Positions 1-11,000 of a stretch of 64,000 bases of DNA are shown piece after piece. The notes beneath the pieces are model-generated. The model did not search any database and was not told the origin of the DNA. It saw only the letters and a program-made list of their open reading frames with translations. The DNA comes from Candidatus Eiseniibacteriota bacterium (GTDB lineage: Bacteria > Eisenbacteria > RBG-16-71-46): contig CAVZLN010000007.1 of assembly GCA_963776245.1 (NCBI GenBank), forward strand, positions 32,001 to 96,000, read 5' to 3'. Position 1 is the stretch's first letter, and each line of letters begins with the position of its first letter. A program made the position numbers and the translations under genes.

Positions 1-1
1 G

Positions 2-1207
2 CCCCCCGGACTGCGGCTCTACCCGGTGGGCCGGCTCGACGCCGACACCAGCGGACTGCTGCTGGTGACCAACGATGGCGATCTCGCGCACCGGCTCATG
101 CACCCGCGCTACGGCGTCGAGAAGCTCTACCGCGTGCTGGTGACTTCCCATCCGAATCCTTCCCAGGTCGCGCGCCTGTCGCGCGGCGTGATGTACGAGC
201 CCGGGGTGCGCAGCGCCCCGGCGCGGGTGCGCGTGCGCGACAGGATCGCGCGCGGTCACGTGCTCGAGATCGCCATCCACGAGGGCCGCTACCGCCAGGT
301 CCGCCGGATGTGCGAGGCCGTGGATCTCGAGGTCGTGGCGCTCCATCGCTGGGGCTACGGCCCGCTGCGCCTGGGCGAGCTCGAGCGCGGGATGTGGCGC
401 GAGCTGTCCACCGAAGAGGTGCGCCTGCTGCGGATCGCGTGCTCCGGTCCCGGGACCGCGGCGGCGCCGCGCGAGCGCGCGGGACGGCCCCGCCGCGTGC
501 TGGCGGGCGGCATCGGCTTCGCCGCGCTGCGGCGCGGCGAGCGGCCGGGGGCTGCGCGCGGTCCGGAGCCGTCGCGGCCCGCGGTCGGGCCCCGGCGTCC
601 GCAGCCAGGTGCAGAGGTTCGACGACCCGAGCGCGCCGTGCGCCCGACCGCGAGCCCGGGAGCGCGGCGTCCGCGTCCCGAGCGCGGCGCGGTGCGCCCG
701 GCCGGGCGCGATGCCGGCAGGCCGGCGCGGGCACCGGGTCGCGCGGCCCGTCCGGGCCCCTCCGAACGCGCGCGTCCGCGCTTCCGAGATGACGCGCGGC
801 CGGCACGGCCGGCGCGCGCCGGTGGAGTTCGGCCGGAGACCTTGCGCGGGCACGGCTCCGCTCGGCCGGCACGCGGCGGGGGAGCCCCGGCCGAGACGTC
901 CCGTCCCCGCGACGACGCGCGACCGGCGCGGGCCCGGCGTCCGGAGGCTCCCGAGAGCCGCGCGCCGAAGCGGCAGGGCGGCAGGCCGCGCCCCATCGAC
1001 TGGCGCCACGGCGGCAGTCCGATGAGCCCCGAGCCGCCGGCGCGACGCGCCAGCCGGCAGCGTCCGGGCACGGGTCGAAACCCTCGGCCGCGTGGGGGTG
1101 AAAGCGCAGGTCCGGGTGCCTCGCCGCGCGGTGCGCGCGCCGCGGCTCGCCGTGGCCCCGGCCGGGGAGCTTCTCGGCAAGGTGGAGGCGGACGCCCAAG
1201 GCGTTGA
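2..1207 (+). CDS. rluB: rRNA pseudouridine synthase (RluB/RsuA family), 5'-truncated by the window edge, with a long Arg/Pro/Gly-rich C-terminal tail
   Basis: Frame is open from base 2: RLYPVGRLDADTSGLLLVTNDG (catalytic GRLD), HPRYGVEKLY, EGRYRQVRRM; roughly 250 aa low-complexity basic tail follows. Confidence 0.85.
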   Translation, partial: PPGLRLYPVGRLDADTSGLLLVTNDGDLAHRLMHPRYGVEKLYRVLVTSHPNPSQVARLSRGVMYEPGVRSAPARVRVRDRIARGHVLEIAIHEGRYRQVRRMCEAVDLEVVALHRWGYGPLRLGELERGMWRELSTEEVRLLRIACSGPGTAAAPRERAGRPRRVLAGGIGFAALRRGERPGAARGPEPSRPAVGPRRPQPGAEVRRPERAVRPTASPGARRPRPERGAVRPAGRDAGRPARAPGRAARPGPSERARPRFRDDARPARPARAGGVRPETLRGHGSARPARGGGAPAETSRPRDDARPARARRPEAPESRAPKRQGGRPRPIDWRHGGSPMSPEPPARRASRQRPGTGRNPRPRGGESAGPGASPRGARAAARRGPGRGASRQGGGGRPRR

Positions 1208-1224
1208 AGGGTAGGGGATTCGAG

Positions 1225-1270
1225 CGACGGCCTCGCGTGTCAGGACAGACGAGCGGGGCCGTCGTCATTT
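1225..1270 (+). terminator. Candidate intrinsic terminator hairpin after rluB
   Basis: 12-bp stem CGACGGCCTCGC (1225-1236) / GCGGGGCCGTCG (1253-1264, one G:U pair), followed by TCATTT. Confidence 0.45.
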
Positions 1271-1426
1271 GCGGCCCGCCGCGGAACGGATCGTGCGCTG
1301 GCGTAGGAGTGTCATCTCTCTCGCCCGGGCCGGGTGGGGGCCCTCCTGGCCCCCCCGGCTGCTCCACCCATCCCGCACGGAGGCGACCAACGCGGTGTCC
1401 GCGCCCCGGCGCCGCAGGAGCGATCC

Positions 1427-1999
1427 GTGCAGCTCGATCGAATCCCGCCGCGGCGGCCGGTCGCCGACGAAGTTCCGGGAACACCGCTCCCCCCCGGCGG
1501 GGTATCCGCGCTAGACCTTCGCGGGGAAGGGATCGCGGTGCCGGCGAGACGGCGCGCGCGCCCGCGGTCGTGGCTGTTGCTGGCGCTCACCCTGGCGAGC
1601 CTGCTGGGGCAGGGGGAGCGGTTCGACGTCGACCGTCGATTCCGGTCGCCCAGCGCGACCCTCACGACCTACTGGGACGCGCTGCGCCGCGGGGATGCCG
1701 AGACCGCGTGGCAGTGCCTGACCGAGGTGCGTCACGATTCTCCGTTCCCCGGCATGCTGTGGTTCCTGCCCGAGACCGACGCGTTCCGTCTCGATGGGTT
1801 CCGCTCGCTCCCGGTGACCGCGGGCCGCGTCATGGTGACGTACGATGTGTGCTTCCGGCCGGTGGGGCAGAGCGTCGAGCAGACGTTCCCCTCCGGGAAT
1901 GAACTGGTGCGCGTGCATGGGGAGTGGCGCATCGCGCGGAGCATCGGACAGGTCTCGATGCCGGAGTGGCGACCGACCCCGCGTTCGGTTGACATCTGA
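1427..1999 (+). CDS. Hypothetical membrane-anchored/exported protein, possibly NTF2-like fold
   Basis: GTG at 1427 preceded by AGGAG; hydrophobic stretch WLLLALTLASLLG; SPSATLTTYWDALRRGD...LVRVHGEWRI pattern resembles NTF2-like domains. Confidence 0.6.
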   Translation: MQLDRIPPRRPVADEVPGTPLPPGGVSALDLRGEGIAVPARRRARPRSWLLLALTLASLLGQGERFDVDRRFRSPSATLTTYWDALRRGDAETAWQCLTEVRHDSPFPGMLWFLPETDAFRLDGFRSLPVTAGRVMVTYDVCFRPVGQSVEQTFPSGNELVRVHGEWRIARSIGQVSMPEWRPTPRSVDI

Positions 2000-2058
2000 T
2001 CGAAGCGGCTCGTAGGCTGCGCGCTTCGGTCACCCTTCGGTACGACCCCGAGGAGTCC

Positions 2059-3174
2059 ATGTCGCGCATCCGCACGCTGATCCTGGCCGCCGCCACCGCG
2101 CTCCTGGTGGCCGCGCCGGCATCCGCCACCAAGTATGCCGCCGAGTTCCTCAAGCTCCCGGTGGGAGCGCGCGCCATCGGCATGGGTGGCGCGTTCAGCG
2201 CGATCTGCGACGACGCCTCGGCCTCGCACTGGAATCCCGCCGGGGTGATCTACCTGCCCTACCGCGAGGTGTTGTTCCAGCACGCCGAGGAGTTCGGCGG
2301 CCTCGCCAATCACGACTACCTCGCGGGCGTGCTCCCGCTCGGCGGCGAAAAGGGCCACGAGCAGGCGCTGGGCGTGTCGCTGGTGCGATTCGCGGTGGAC
2401 GACATCCCGATCACCCCGCGTCCGGGCGGACTCGTGCCGGGGGTCGACTTCTACGACTACGGCGTGGATGGGGACGACCGCACGATGGACCAGGGCCAGG
2501 GCAACGGCATCTGGGACCCGGGCGAGCGCCTGCTGCTGACCGCGGCGGACCTCTACCTCGCGAGCAGCGCCGACATGGCGCTCACCCTCACGTATGCCCG
2601 TCACCGCGGCACGCGCTGGGCGTTCGGGGGCAACTTCAAGTTCGTGCGCCAGAGCATCCCCGACACGCTGCCGGGCGAACACGTGACCTCCTTCGGGGCG
2701 GGGATCGACGCCGGGCTGCTCTACATGCCGACCGATGCCGTGACCCTCGGCGTGGTGGTGCGCGACCTCACCACCACGTACCTCGCGTGGAGCAACGGCA
2801 CGCGCGAGAAGATCTGGCCCACGCTCACCACCGGCGCGTCATTCCAGTTCCAGCCCGCCGAGCGCCACGCGCTGACCTGGGCGGTGGACCTCGGCTGGAT
2901 GTTCGAGGACCGCACCTTCGACAGCCAGCTCAAGCTCGGAGGGGTCACCGCGGACCTGCGCACCGGCATCGAGTACTGGTACCGCAACACGCTGGCGCTG
3001 CGCAGCGGCGTGAACGGCAAGGACCTCGCCTTCGGCGCGGGCGTGCGCTACAAGCAGGTCGGCGTGGACTACGCGGCGTCGCTGAACCGGTTCTTCGCGG
3101 CCGACGATCCGAACTACCCCTCGGACACCGACCTCAACGTCACCCACCTGGTCTCGCTCGGCGTGAACTGGTAG
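2059..3174 (+). CDS. PorV/PorQ (UPF0164) family outer-membrane beta-barrel protein
   Basis: Signal peptide; family-typical AEFLKLPVGARAIGMGGAF and WNPAG; amphipathic beta strands; C-terminal aromatic residue (W); RBS AGGAG. Confidence 0.8.
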   Translation: MSRIRTLILAAATALLVAAPASATKYAAEFLKLPVGARAIGMGGAFSAICDDASASHWNPAGVIYLPYREVLFQHAEEFGGLANHDYLAGVLPLGGEKGHEQALGVSLVRFAVDDIPITPRPGGLVPGVDFYDYGVDGDDRTMDQGQGNGIWDPGERLLLTAADLYLASSADMALTLTYARHRGTRWAFGGNFKFVRQSIPDTLPGEHVTSFGAGIDAGLLYMPTDAVTLGVVVRDLTTTYLAWSNGTREKIWPTLTTGASFQFQPAERHALTWAVDLGWMFEDRTFDSQLKLGGVTADLRTGIEYWYRNTLALRSGVNGKDLAFGAGVRYKQVGVDYAASLNRFFAADDPNYPSDTDLNVTHLVSLGVNW

Positions 3175-3195
3175 CGCGCCGCGCGCTCCACAGGC

Positions 3196-3224
3196 TTGAC
3201 ACTCCGCCGCACGCTCCCTAGTGT
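3196..3224 (+). promoter_or_regulatory. Sigma70-type promoter for the glgD-like/glgC pair
   Basis: TTGACA (3196-3201), 17-nt spacer, TAGTGT (3219-3224). Confidence 0.65.
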
Positions 3225-3283
3225 GCGGCGTCTTCATTTCTCCGTCGTTCGATGGCGCTCCGACGTTCCCGCGGGAGAGTGGC

Positions 3284-4544
3284 GTGCGTCAGACTCTGGC
3301 CCTGGTCCTGTCCGGCGGCGGTGGCGAACGCATGAGCGTGCTGTCCGCCGAGCGCGCCGTGGCCGCGCTTCCCGTTCGGCGGCAAGTACCGGGTCATCGA
3401 CTTCACGCTCAGCAACTGCTGCCACTCGGGCGTGGGGCGCGTCGGAGTGGTCACGCAGCACGCGCCCACCTCGCTCCACGATCACATCGGCGCGGGCCGC
3501 CCCTGGGACCTGGACCGCCGTGGCGGCGGCGTGGTCATCCTGCAGCCCTACCTCACGCGCAGCCACGCGGGCTGGTATCGCGGCACCGCGGACGCCATCA
3601 GCCAGAACTGGGACGTCATCGAGGACCACGTCCCGCCGCGCGTCCTCGTGCTCTCGGGCGATCACGTCTACCGCATGGACTACCGCGGGCTCATGCTCAC
3701 CCATCAGCAGGAGCGGGCCGCCGTCACCATCGCGGTGACGCGCGTGCCGCCCGAGCAGTCGCGCCGCTTCGGGATGGCCACGGTCAGCCGGGACGGCCGC
3801 ATCACGGCGCTCGATGAGAAGCCCGAGCGTGCCGACACGCCGCTCGCCTCGATGGGGATCTACCTGTTCGAGACCGACGTGCTGGGCGAGATGGTGGTGG
3901 ACCGGCCGGTCGACATGGTGCTCGACGTCATCCGCCCGCTGCTGGCACAGGGCCGGCGCGTGGTGGCGCACGAGTTCAAGGGCTACTGGGAGGACGTGGG
4001 CACGGTGCGCGCCTTCTACCGCTCGAACCTCGAGCTGCTGGCGGCCGAGCCGCGGCTGGTGCTGCACGACACGCGCTGGCCGATCCTGACGCGCGACGAG
4101 GAGCGCGCGCCGGTGCTGATGCGCGACGGCGCCCACGTCGAGAACAGCCTGGTCGCCAACGGCGCGCGCGTCGCCGGGCTGGTGCGCAACTCGGTGATCT
4201 CGCCCGGCGTCATCGTCAAGGCGGGCGCCGAGGTCGTGGATTCCATCCTGATGTCCGACGTCAGCATCGAGCCGGGCGCGCGCGTGGAGCGCGCGATCAT
4301 CGACAAGTACGCGACCGTCGGCGAGGGCGCCTGGGTGGGCGGTCCCCCGGCGTGCGCCGACGCGGAGCTCGCGTGGCTCGACGACCTGGTGCTGGTGGGC
4401 AAGGACGCCGACCTGCCGGCGGGCACCCGCGTCCACGCGCCGTCGGTGGTCGGCATCGGCACGCGCGCGGGGGACATCCCCGCGGCGACGCTCCCCGCCG
4501 GCACGCTGCTCGGGAACCGCGCCTGGTACGAGGAGCGTCCGTGA
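3284..4544 (+). CDS. glgD: Glucose-1-phosphate adenylyltransferase family protein, GlgD-like divergent subunit; one +1 frameshift near 3371-3374
   Basis: VRQTLALVLSGGGGERMSVLSAERAVAALP, frameshift, then [38 protein letters not shown]; left-handed beta-helix C-terminus. Confidence 0.7.
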
Positions 4545-5818
4545 GATCGTCGCGCTACGCGTTCATCCTCGCGGGCGGCATGGGCACGCGCCTGTGCCTG
4601 CTCTCGGAGCGGCGCGCGAAGCCCGCGGTGCCGTTCGGCGGCAAGTACCGCATCATCGACTTCACGCTCTCGAACTGCGTCAACTCCGGGCTCTACGACA
4701 TCGGCGTGCTGACGCAGTACCGGCCGACCTCGCTCAACCAGCACATCGGCGCCGGCCGACCGTGGGACCTCGACCGCTCGCACGGCGGGGTGCAGATCCT
4801 GCAGCCCGCGCTCGGCTCGGTCCAGACCGACTGGTACCAGGGCACCGCCGACGCGATCTACCGCAACCTGCTCCACCTGCGCCGGCGGCGCTGCGATCAG
4901 GTGCTGGTGCTCTCCGGCGACCACGTCTACAAGATGGACTACAACGTGCTGTTCGCGTTCCATCAGGCGAACCGCGCGTCGATGACGGTCGCGGTCACCG
5001 AGGTGCCCGAGGACATGGTCTCGGAGTTCGGCATCCTCGAGACCGACAAGGGCGGCCGGGTGACGGCGTTCAAGGAGAAGCCGCGCCACGCGACCTCGCG
5101 GCTGGCCTCGATGGGGGTGTACCTGTTCGACCGCGAGATGCTGATGCGGTGGCTCATCGAGGACGCCGCGCTGATCGACTCGTCGCACGACTTCGGCAAG
5201 GACCTGCTGCCGCGGCTGGTCGAGCGCGGGGACGGGGTGTACGCGTACCGGTTCCCGTCCTACTGGCAGGACGTGGGCACGCTGGACTCGTACTACGAGT
5301 CCAACATGGCGTTCCTGTCCGAGAACCCGCCGCTCAACCTGAGCGACCCGGAGTGGGTGATCCACACCCAGAGCGCCGACCGGCCGCCGGTGCGCTTCGA
5401 TCACGGCGCGCGCATCGGGCGCAGCCTGATCGCGAACGGCTGCCGCATCGGCGGGGAGGTGGTGCGCTCGGTGCTGTTCCCGGGCGTGACGGTCGCGCCG
5501 GGCGCGGTGGTGCACGACAGCATCGTCATGCACGACACCTTGATCGGGCGCGGCTCGATGCTGGACCGCGTCATCATCGACAAGGGCGTGCGCATCGGCG
5601 ACGGCGTGCGTCTCGGGGTCGGCGGCGAGACCATCGCGAACCGCGCCTGTCCGGATCACCTGTCGAGCGGGCTCACGCTGGTGGGGAAGAGCACCGTGCT
5701 GCCGGAGGGACTGACGATCGGCCGCAACGTGCGCATCGGCGCCCACGTGTCGCGCGAGGACTTCACCGCCGACGTGCCCTCGGGCGGCGTGGTGGACGGC
5801 CCCGAGTCGATGCACTGA
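4541..5818 (+). CDS. glgC: Glucose-1-phosphate adenylyltransferase (ADP-glucose pyrophosphorylase)
   Basis: [64 protein letters not shown] overlap with the upstream gene. Confidence 0.92.
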   Translation: MRSSRYAFILAGGMGTRLCLLSERRAKPAVPFGGKYRIIDFTLSNCVNSGLYDIGVLTQYRPTSLNQHIGAGRPWDLDRSHGGVQILQPALGSVQTDWYQGTADAIYRNLLHLRRRRCDQVLVLSGDHVYKMDYNVLFAFHQANRASMTVAVTEVPEDMVSEFGILETDKGGRVTAFKEKPRHATSRLASMGVYLFDREMLMRWLIEDAALIDSSHDFGKDLLPRLVERGDGVYAYRFPSYWQDVGTLDSYYESNMAFLSENPPLNLSDPEWVIHTQSADRPPVRFDHGARIGRSLIANGCRIGGEVVRSVLFPGVTVAPGAVVHDSIVMHDTLIGRGSMLDRVIIDKGVRIGDGVRLGVGGETIANRACPDHLSSGLTLVGKSTVLPEGLTIGRNVRIGAHVSREDFTADVPSGGVVDGPESMH

Positions 5819-5838
5819 CGCGCGCGGCGGGCGAAGCC

Positions 5839-5872
5839 AGCGGCCCGGTCTCCGTCGGGAGGCCGGGCCGCT
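5839..5872. terminator. Bidirectional terminator-like hairpin between convergent glgC and mltD
   Basis: 15-bp stem AGCGGCCCGGTCTCC / GGAGGCCGGGCCGCT (one G:U pair) with a 4-nt loop. Confidence 0.6.
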
Positions 5873-5884
5873 CCGCGCAGGAGG

Positions 5885-7723
5885 TCAGGCCGGCAGGCGC
5901 AGTCGCTGCCCGGCACGCACGCGGTCGGAGCGCAGGCCATTGAGCTGCTGGATGGCGCGTACCGACGTGCCATGCTCGCGCGCGATCGCGCCCAGCGTCT
6001 GCCCGGCGCGCACCACGTGCACCCCGCGGCCCGCGGCCGAGTGGCGCGAGCGCGCGGCCGGCACGCGCATTCCGGCGATCTTCGCGCTGTCGGCCGAGGC
6101 GTCGGCGAGCGCCGCGTCGCCGGTGCGGATCTTCAGCCGCGTGCCGCGGTGCACGGTCGTGGTGGAGAGCCGGTTCCAGCGCCGGATGTCCTCGACCGAG
6201 ACGCCGTGGCGCTCGGCGATCGAGGCCAGGGTCTCGCCCCTGCGCACGGTGATGGTGGTGCGCCCCTCGGCGGTCGACTCGGCGTCGAGCGAGGTGGGCG
6301 GGCGGATGGCGCGCGCCGGGACGTAGGCGGTCGACGCGCGCGGGTCCTCGCCCTCGAGGATGGCGGGCGCGGGCGCGCCCAGCGAGGCGGGGACCTGGAG
6401 CGTCATGCCGCGCTGAAGCGGCCGCTTGCGGCCGATGCCGTTGGCGAGCGCGAGCTGTCGCGCGCTGACGCCGTACTGGCGTCCGATGCTGGCGAGCGTC
6501 TCGCCGCGTCGCACCTTGTGCGACAGCTTGAGGTCCACGGCGGGCAGCGCCGCGCCCTCGCGCAGACGCGCGAGCAGCGCCTCGCCCTTGCCCGGCGGCA
6601 CGCGCAGCACGGTCATGCCGTCGCGGCCGCGCGCGGCGTGGCTGAGCACCGCGGGATTGAGGTCGCGCAGTTCCTCGTAGGCGCACTCGGTGAGCCGCGC
6701 GAGCGCGCGCAGGTCCACCGCGCCCTTGAGCGCGATCTCGTCGAACTCGAGCGGGTCGTCGAGCGCCACGTCGTCGAAGCCGTACTTCTTGGGGTCGCGC
6801 GAGATCGCGAGCACCGCCATGAACTGCGGCACGTACTCCTCGGTCTGCCGGGGCAGGCGCAGGTCCCAGTAGTTGGTGGTGCCCTGGCGCTTGATGGCCC
6901 GCAGCACGGTGCCCTCGCCGGCGTTGTAGGACGCCAGTGCCAGCGGCCAGTCGCCGAAGATCGAGTGCAGATGCTTCAGGTAGCGGGCCGCGGCCACGGT
7001 GGACTTCTCGGGGTCCTTGCGTTCGTCCACCCAGCGGTCGACGGTGAGACCGAACAGCCGCGCGGTGCCGGTCAGGAACTGCCACGGACCGACCGCCGCC
7101 GAGATCGAGCGCGCGTTGACGTTGAAGCCGCTCTCGACGAACACGAGGTGGACCAGGTCGGGCGGCAGCCCTTCCTGGCGGAGCACGTCGCGGAACAGGG
7201 ACATGTAGCGCCCGGAGCGCTTGAGCCAGCGCTCGAACGTCGAGCGGCCCGCGCCGGTGAAGAAGTCGATGTAACGGTAGACGTCATCGTTGAGCTGGGA
7301 CGGGATCTCCTCGATCGCGGGAGCGTTGAGCACGCTCTCATCGGGCTCGTTGCCGGTGACCCGCGCGGCGCTGGCCGAATGCGCGTCCCGCTGGGCGGCG
7401 TCCCGCAGCGCGGCGAGGCTCGACTGGAGGTCGACCAACTCGCGGCGCAGCCCGGCGTCGGGGTCGCCGGCGAGGGCCATGCCGAGCCGGACGAGCCCGC
7501 TGTCCGCGGTCGCGACCGCCAGCGGGTACGCTCCGGCCTGTCGCTGGCTCCACGTCTTCTCGTAGGCGGCCCGGGCCGCGGCGATCGGCGCGGGCAGCAG
7601 GGCGGACGCCGAGTCCACGGACGCCACGGCCGACCCCGGAGCCTGCTGGGCCCTGGAGTTGGCGGCGGCGTTCATGAGGACGACGGCGACCGCAAGGGCC
7701 GCCAGGATGGGGCGGAGAGCCAC
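5885..7723 (-). CDS. mltD: Lytic murein transglycosylase MltD-like (SLT domain plus three LysM domains)
   Basis: Signal peptide; VFVESGFN (catalytic Glu), AVGPWQF, DERKDPEKST, LASYNAGEG, ETEEY-like QTEEYVP; LysM repeats HKVRRGETL, TVRRGETL, HVVRAGQTL. Confidence 0.88.
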   Translation of the reverse strand: MALRPILAALAVAVVLMNAAANSRAQQAPGSAVASVDSASALLPAPIAAARAAYEKTWSQRQAGAYPLAVATADSGLVRLGMALAGDPDAGLRRELVDLQSSLAALRDAAQRDAHSASAARVTGNEPDESVLNAPAIEEIPSQLNDDVYRYIDFFTGAGRSTFERWLKRSGRYMSLFRDVLRQEGLPPDLVHLVFVESGFNVNARSISAAVGPWQFLTGTARLFGLTVDRWVDERKDPEKSTVAAARYLKHLHSIFGDWPLALASYNAGEGTVLRAIKRQGTTNYWDLRLPRQTEEYVPQFMAVLAISRDPKKYGFDDVALDDPLEFDEIALKGAVDLRALARLTECAYEELRDLNPAVLSHAARGRDGMTVLRVPPGKGEALLARLREGAALPAVDLKLSHKVRRGETLASIGRQYGVSARQLALANGIGRKRPLQRGMTLQVPASLGAPAPAILEGEDPRASTAYVPARAIRPPTSLDAESTAEGRTTITVRRGETLASIAERHGVSVEDIRRWNRLSTTTVHRGTRLKIRTGDAALADASADSAKIAGMRVPAARSRHSAAGRGVHVVRAGQTLGAIAREHGTSVRAIQQLNGLRSDRVRAGQRLRLPA

Positions 7724-7918
7724 GGATGTACCTCCCGAGGTCGGATAGCCCTGCCTGGGGCGTCAGCGAGCCGGGCGAACCTACCCGGGCGGCATGCAAG
7801 ATGCAAACACACATGTCGATACTGCCCGGTCCCGCGTCCCCGAGGTCCACGGACCTCGATGCCCGCACTTCCGGACCCTTGGTGAACCGCAAGTCCTGTG
7901 CCACAACTCCGCGAATCA

Positions 7919-7947
7919 TTGACACTTGCGGGGGCATTGGATAGCGT
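7919..7947 (+). promoter_or_regulatory. Sigma70-type promoter for the PEGA-domain gene
   Basis: TTGACA (7919-7924), 17-nt spacer, TAGCGT (7942-7947). Confidence 0.6.
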
Positions 7948-8009
7948 GCGCCCGACCGCGTCATGGATCGCTTCCACGTGGGAGAACCCGAGGAAGGAGC
8001 TCCACTGAG

Positions 8010-11000
8010 ATGAACCAGGCCCTCGCCGCCGCCACCCAATGGATGGTTTCTGCTCGCGCGGACGGCGAAATCCTCACCGCCGGGGCAGGCTCGGATGGGC
8101 TGGAGTTCTGCGTCGTCGGGTTCCCCGACCGATTCACCCCCGAGGAGATCGCTGGCTGGGTGAACGATCTGACCGGCGTCGCCCGCGAGACCGCCACCGG
8201 CGACACCCGCGCCCGCACCATCCCCCCGCTGCTCCATCACGCGCTCACCGGCCTGCTGTTTTCTCACGCCGAGCTGTGGGAGAGCGACGGGATCACCCGT
8301 CCGTGTTCCGCGGCGTTCGTGGTCGCGGACGGGCGGGTGGCTTTCGGCTGGGTGGGGGAGGCGCTGTCCGAGGTGTGGGTGGACGACGGGCCGCTGGAGG
8401 ACGTCTACACCCGCGTGCGTGACGACGAGGGCCGGGAGGCGCTGGGCATCGCCTTCGACCCCGGCTGTCGCGTGCGCGTCCGCCTGACGTGGACCGCGCT
8501 GCCCGGGGCCACGCACGCGCCCTCCGCGGTGATCGAGGCGGAGTGGGCGGGCGCCACGCCGGCCTTCGAAGCGCGGGTGACGGGCGCGCCGGTCGCGGCG
8601 CGCGCCGATTCTGCGGGCGAGGAGGTCGAGATCGTATCGGTGGTCGCGCGCTCGACCGCGCCCGAGGCTCAGGCCCGGCAGGACGTGGAGCACGCCGCCG
8701 CGGCGGAGCCGGAGTTCGCCGGCTCGACCGCCGCCGAGCCTGCCGCGTCGAGCCCGAGCGTGGAGATGGCGCCCTCCGACATGGCTCCCGCGTCGCGCGT
8801 GGTGGAGGAGGCCACCGCCGCGATCGAGCTGCCCGGCACGGCGCGCGCGAAGCGCGGTCTGCTCGGCCGCATCTCCTCGTGGCTGCGGCGCCCGAAGGTC
8901 GCGGGCTCCGCGGGCGAGGCCGCCGAGCCCGGCGAGCCACCGCATGACGCGTCGCCGGTGCGCTCCGCGGCGGCCGCTCCCGACATCGCGGAGGCGGAGG
9001 CGCGGGTGCCCGATCCGGCCGCCCATCCGAGCACTCCCCGGCTCGAGCCCGCGACCGGGACCCACGAGGACCTGTTCCCGGTCTCGCCGGCGCCGCCCGC
9101 GCTCGCGCGTCTCGACGTCGAGATCGAGGACCCGCACGTGCGCGTGCTCGGTCCGGTCGCCGCCGACCGCACGCCGCCGCTGCTGCACGTGCCGCGCTTC
9201 GAGGATCCCACCGTGGCCGGCCCGCCACGACTGCGCGTGGTCCGCGTCGGCGAGGAGTCGGGTGAATGGGACGCCTCGCCCCCATCGCCGGGTGTCCCGG
9301 CGCCGGCAGCGAGGGGACCGGTCGCGATCCCCGTCGCGCCGGCGCCCGGTCGCGCGCCGGTCCACGATCCGAGCACGCCCGCGCCGGGGCCCGGGCCCAT
9401 CCCTGCGGCTCCGGCCGCCGATTGGGAGCCGCCACCCTCGATGATCGCCGACCCGCTCGCGGATTCGTTCGAGGAGGAGGCGCTCGCCGCCGCGCTCGCC
9501 GCGCTCGCGGCCGAGGTGCAGTCCGACGCCCCGCCGCCGGCGGTCGAAGACGCGATGCCGGCCGCCGCGGTGCCGCCGGCCGCCCCGGCCGCGCTCCCGT
9601 CTTCGCAGTCGATGCGTGCGGCGCTGAGCGCGCGCGCCCTCGCACGCAGCGCGCCGGTCCCCGAAGCGCGCGCCGAGGCCGGCCCGCTGGTCGTGCAGCC
9701 GCCGCCGAGCGCGGAGCCCATTCCCGTCACGGTCGTGCGCGCGCGCGAAGAAGCGCAGGACACGCCCGTGCCCCCGCCCGCGGAAGCGCCGAACGCGCCG
9801 GCGGCCGAGAGCCCGCCGAGCCGCGTCCCGCTGCGCCCGGAGTGGCCGAGTGCGGCGCAGCAGATGGCGTCGGTGCCGGTGTGGAAGAAGCCCTGGACGT
9901 GGGTCGCCGTGGTGGTGGCGCTGTTCCTCGGTGGGTGGATCGTGGGTGGTCTGCAGCGCGACCCGGGACAGGCGCCACGCCGCAGTCCGCTCGCCGCGCT
10001 GGTGCGCGGACTGGGACTCGGCGGCGCGCGCTTCGACGTGATGGTGAACAGCCGCCCGTCGGGTGCCTGGATCGCGGTGGATGGCAAGGACCTCGCCCGC
10101 CGCACGCCGGCGTCGATCGACCTGCCCCCGGGCGAACACGCGATCACGCTCTCGATCACCGAACTGGGGAGCGCGACCTTCAAGGTGCGCGGGGAGCGCG
10201 GCGAACGGGTGGCGCTCGACGCGCCGCTGTGGGGCACCATCGACGTGTACGCCGCGAACGGCGCTCCGCCGGTGACGGTGACCTTCGACGGCCGCGACGT
10301 GGGCTTCGCGCCGGTGAGCCTGGACAGCGTGCAGCCGGGGGCGCACGACCTGCGCTTCTCGGGCCCGGGCATGCCGGCGTGGGGCCAGCCGGTCGAGCTC
10401 CACGTGGGCCAGCGCGCCGAGGTGGTCGCGCGGCCCATGACCTCGCCCGCCACCGGGATGCTCGAGGTGCGAGCGAGCATCACCGACGATCAGGGCACGC
10501 GCGCGCTGGCGGGCGCCGCGGTGTTCGTGGATGGCGAACCGAGCGGCAGCACACCGCTCACGCTCGAGCTTCCGCGGGGGCCTCACAGCGTGCGCATCAC
10601 GTACCGCGACCAGACCGCCCCGGTGCAGGTGATCGACCTGCCGGGAGGCAATCAGCGCTTCGCCCAGTTCGAGCTCGCCCTCGGGGTCGATCGGCCGCAT
10701 CTGGTGGCGCTCGAGAGCCCGACGCGGTTCGCCGCGGGAGGCACCGGCGTGGTGTCGGCCGGCCTCGACGGCGTGAGCGCGAACGACGTGCGCGAGATGT
10801 GGCTCCACGTGCGCACGCCCGAGGGCGCGTGGCGGCGCTACCAGATGGCGATGCTCAAGTCGCCCACCGGGGTGGTGGGGGTGGTGGTCTTCCCGAGCAA
10901 TCTGTTCACGCCCGGCACCCGGGCGCGCTGGTACGCGAGCGCCACGGTGTCCACCGGCGACGAGTACTTCACCGAGATCGGCAACGCCGATATCGGCGAG

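Noticed and set aside
1209..1225. GGTAGGGGATTCGAGC resembles the reverse complement of a tRNA T-arm
   Set aside because: The T-loop reads GCTCGAA rather than GTTCGAA, and I could not build a cloverleaf or acceptor stem
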